A stretch of DNA of 63,401 nucleotides, filler included, from Octopus bimaculoides (taxonomy: Eukaryota), in the NCBI RefSeq assembly GCF_001194135.2. It is 6 parts of 6 records of this genome, joined end to end, with 100 filler letters (N's around TTAATTAATTAA, not from the genome) between each part and the next. Parts side by side here need not be neighbours in the genome. Positions count along the whole stretch, not along the records: positions 56,499 to 63,401 come from NC_068985.1; 5 more parts are not named here. One strand, 5' to 3'. How positions within the stretch are numbered: the stretch's first letter is position 1; each line of letters starts with the position of its first letter. This document shows positions 60,247 through 63,401 of the stretch, piece by piece. The position numbers and the translations under genes are program-made. The notes under the pieces were generated by a model. That model made no database searches. It saw only the letters and a list, made by a program, of their open reading frames with translations, and had not been told where the DNA came from.

Positions 60247-60520
60247 TCTTTTATCTGTTTCAGTTATTTGACTGTGGCCATGCTGGAGCACCGCCTTTAG
60301 TCGAGCAAATCGACTCCAGAACTTATTCTTTATAAGCCTAGTACTTATTATATCGGTCTATTTTGCCGAACTGCTAAGTTACGGGGACTTAGACACACCA
60401 GCACCGGTTGTCAAGCGATTTTGGGAGGACAAACACAGACACACGAACATATACACACACATACATATATACGACGGGCTTCTTTGAATTTCCGTCTACC
60501 AAATCCACTCACAAGGCATA
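60245..60520 (-). mobile_element. SINE family A
   Basis: ctgtttcagttatttgactgtggccatgctggagcaccgcctttagtcgagcaaatcgac...cgacgggcttcttt.aatttccgtctaccaaatccactcacaaggc. Confidence 0.9.
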
Positions 60521-60949
60521 CACACAGATTATTAACAGTGAATGAATGTTTCTGCTGGACAAGCCATCGTCTGACTGCGATGCATTGAATTAATCTCGGC
60601 TTTGTTTAGTCTTTTTTGAGGATTGTGAGTTTGTATGGAATGGTAAGAAGGTTGTATGGTGATTTGGAACAGAGAGAGACGCTATGTAGAAGGTTTTATT
60701 GATTTTATTTGAATTCCTTCATGTGTGCAGTTTATGGGGGTTGTATTTTAGTGTTTCACAAGAAGGATATATGTAAGTATGGGATATGTTCCTTATTTTT
60801 GTTTTTATTGCACTTAATTATTTGCCCTTTCAATGGCGCAATGGTCAAAGTTTTAAAGATTAGAACTTTTCTCTTAGACTTCATGTTTATCTTCAAATGA
60901 AATAATACAAAATGAATTAGCAACTCAATACAATGAAACTGTAAATAAC

Positions 60950-62270
60950 AGCGGTTTCAAGGGTATAAGTGCAACATACAATAATAAAAAAACGTCCCAC
61001 AATAAATAGAATATTAAGAATAGTAAAAGTAAAATAATCTGGTTTAATCCACATTCAACATACAAGTTTCCACCTTATTTTTGAAAATACTACGAAAACA
61101 CTTCTAACCCAACCAAAATTACGACAAAATAATACTCCGCATCCAACAAATTTGAAGAAACTGAAGACAATTGAAAACGCAAAAAATTGTCTGAAAGTAA
61201 AAACTTAAATCATGCACATAATAATAATTGCAATTGTAGAACACCTTTATCTTCTTTCGCGAAGGAAACCGCCTTTCAAAAAATATCGCATATAGAGAAC
61301 CGGTAAACACGACACCATCTTGCATATATACATATATACAATTTACAGCAAACCAGTTCAAGACGCGATGCAACCAACACACACACATATCCTAACCGAG
61401 ACAGATTCAATGATATTTTATTATCCAAACATATATGGACATCAGAATGTAAAATTATTATGTTTAGCATCAACTGAAAAACACTCCCACACTCACAACC
61501 ATACAAACGTAAACAAATTCTGGTTAAAATTTCCACATATTAATGAAATTTCTCATCGAATAATGAACTCCTAGAGAGACCAATACACCGACTAACAATC
61601 CTTACTACTACGCAAATCCTCTTGTGAACACCGAAGCACTAGATAGACTAATTTATATACTAACACACCTTAACATGCCCGATTAGTAAACCCCACCTTC
61701 CAAATATAAATGGTATATACACGAAATAACAACAAAGAGTAGATGAATTTACCCGCTAAATCAAACTTATTTTGTGAACCATTACAAAAAGTCGACACAT
61801 CTATTATCTACTTCTTTTCAAATACTGGACTGAACTTTGAAACTTTGACCATTAGATTGTGAATGCATATGCTTATATCAAATAAAATGCAAAACAACAA
61901 AAAACTGCTAGCTATCCTATACGTTCCCACATTCTTTTGGTGAACGACTAAAAAAATATTCCATGATCTTAAGTGCACTCACTTAGATACACAGCTACTT
62001 ACAGAGATCTACGTATATGAATAAATTCCCAGTAATACGATATCCAAATTTAAGCAATAAAACATTTCTCAAGACATGTCACCATAACAATCCGTGCTAC
62101 TCAGAATCCACACACCGAAACAAAAAATTTAACTCAACTGACAATATATAAAGCTACGAGTAACTTCAGTCTGACTATGGCATAGCCGTTGGAAATATCG
62201 AAGTTACTGCCAAAAATATTCTTGTTTAAGTATAATAAATTTATATCTACAAAAGTTCAGATTAATCCAC
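60950..62270 (+). mobile_element. Penelope-like element remnant(s): linker plus GIY-YIG, probably two pieces
   Basis: KIIWFNP(H); KNLNHAHNNNCNCRTPLS; EGNRLSKNIAYREPVNT; YIQFTANQFKTRCNQHTH; SSCEHRS near 61625. A second GIY-YIG-like stretch CLYQIKCK...SFGERLK lies near 61870-61950. Confidence 0.7.
62160..62207 (+). ncRNA. Degenerate minimal hammerhead motif at the 3' end of the Penelope-like remnant
   Basis: GTAACTTC-agt-CTGACTA-tggc ata gccg-ttg-GAA-ATAT-C-GAAGTTAC. Perfect 8-bp outer stem, palindromic ATAT stem III and NUH of AUC. The core has G8>U plus extra linker bases. Confidence 0.4.
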
Positions 62271-63401
62271 AATATTAATGAAAGATTATTTAATGATAAT
62301 TAGAATAAACACACACACACTCACACACAAATACACACACACACACACACACGCACACACACACACACACACACAGATATATATATATATNNNNNNNNNN
62401 NNNNNNNNNNNNNNNNNNNNNNNNNNNNNNNNNNNNNNNNNNNNNNNNNNNNNNNNNNNNNNNNNNNNNNNNNNNNNNNNNNNNNNNNNNNNNNNNNNNN
62501 NNNNNNNNNNNNNNNNNNNNNNNNNNNNNNNNNNNNNNNNNNNNNNNNNNNNNNNNNNNNNNNNNNNNNNNNNNNNNNNNNNNNNNNNNNNNNNNNNNNN
62601 NNNNNNNNNNNNNNNNNNNNNNNNNNNNNNNNNNNNNNNNNNNNNNNNNNNNNNNNNNNNNNNNNNNNNNNNNNNNNNNNNNNNNNNNNNNNNNNNNNNN
62701 NNNNNNNNNNNNNNNNNNNNNNNNNNNNNNNNNNNNNNNNNNNNNNNNNNNNNNNNNNNNNNNNNNNNNNNNNNNNNNNNNNNNNNNNNNNNNNNNNNNN
62801 NNNNNNNNNNNNNNNNNNNNNNNNNNNNNNNNNNNNNNNNNNNNNNNNNNNNNNNNNNNNNNNNNNNNNNNNNNNNNNNNNNNNNNNNNNNNNNNNNNNN
62901 NNNNNNNNNNNNNNNNATATATATATATATATATATATATATTGTTAATCATATTCAATATGCACGTCTATATGAATATGTGTATATTTGTATGAATACT
63001 CCTGCGTCTTTGTATGACGGTATGTTATACGAACTATTTGTTCAAATGATGGAATGTAAATATATATCGTTATAGAAAACCATTTGTGAATTTATCATTT
63101 AATAGCGTTATAGAAATACGACTTGCAGGTGGCATAGTAAATATTGAATTTAAAATGTAATTTTATTTCTTTCGTTACGATGCATTTACAGAAAATAGAA
63201 ATTGTTCAGGGAGCAAAGAGGATATAATATTTTTTAATTATTCTATATAAGAACATAATATCCAAGATAAACTTCAGTCTATTGTATGAGGAAATTATGA
63301 TGAGATTTGGTACACGTGTACGGCGCCAAATAAGGAAACAAGTTTATACTCATCAAAACTGTGTTGTCTGTGTGTCTAATGGCGTGTTTGTGTATGTGTG
63401 T

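Noticed and set aside
63310-63321. Palindrome GTACACGTGTAC
   Set aside because: An isolated 12-mer with no supporting context at the window edge.

Overview
AT-rich, gap-rich animal genomic DNA, most likely a cephalopod (Octopus-like) draft assembly judging from its SINE repertoire (recognised from memory, not database-checked). I could not support any host protein-coding exon; almost every ORF in the track is a microsatellite or N-run artefact. The window holds: many tRNA-derived SINEs of several families; Tc1/mariner remnants and a MITE; three RTE-clade LINE copies plus an RTE 5' fragment; three or four R4/Dong-type RT plus restriction-like-endonuclease retrotransposon copies, three of them beside (TAA)n tracts; a CR1/L2-type remnant; and several Penelope-like GIY-YIG remnants. 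The most notable observations are (i) four independent minimal type-I hammerhead-ribozyme folds (28.56, 52.39, 52.84, 62.16 kb), (ii) a C4HC3 PHD-type zinc finger inside the RT domain of the RTE family, (iii) an RTE copy with its RT core deleted at a microhomology, and (iv) a CpG-rich unique segment near 12 kb with promoter-like motifs. Five 44N-TTAATTAATTAA-44N spacers are artificial joins, so adjacency across them is not evidence. SINE family letters A-E are my own labels, and element boundaries are approximate unless a motif is quoted.
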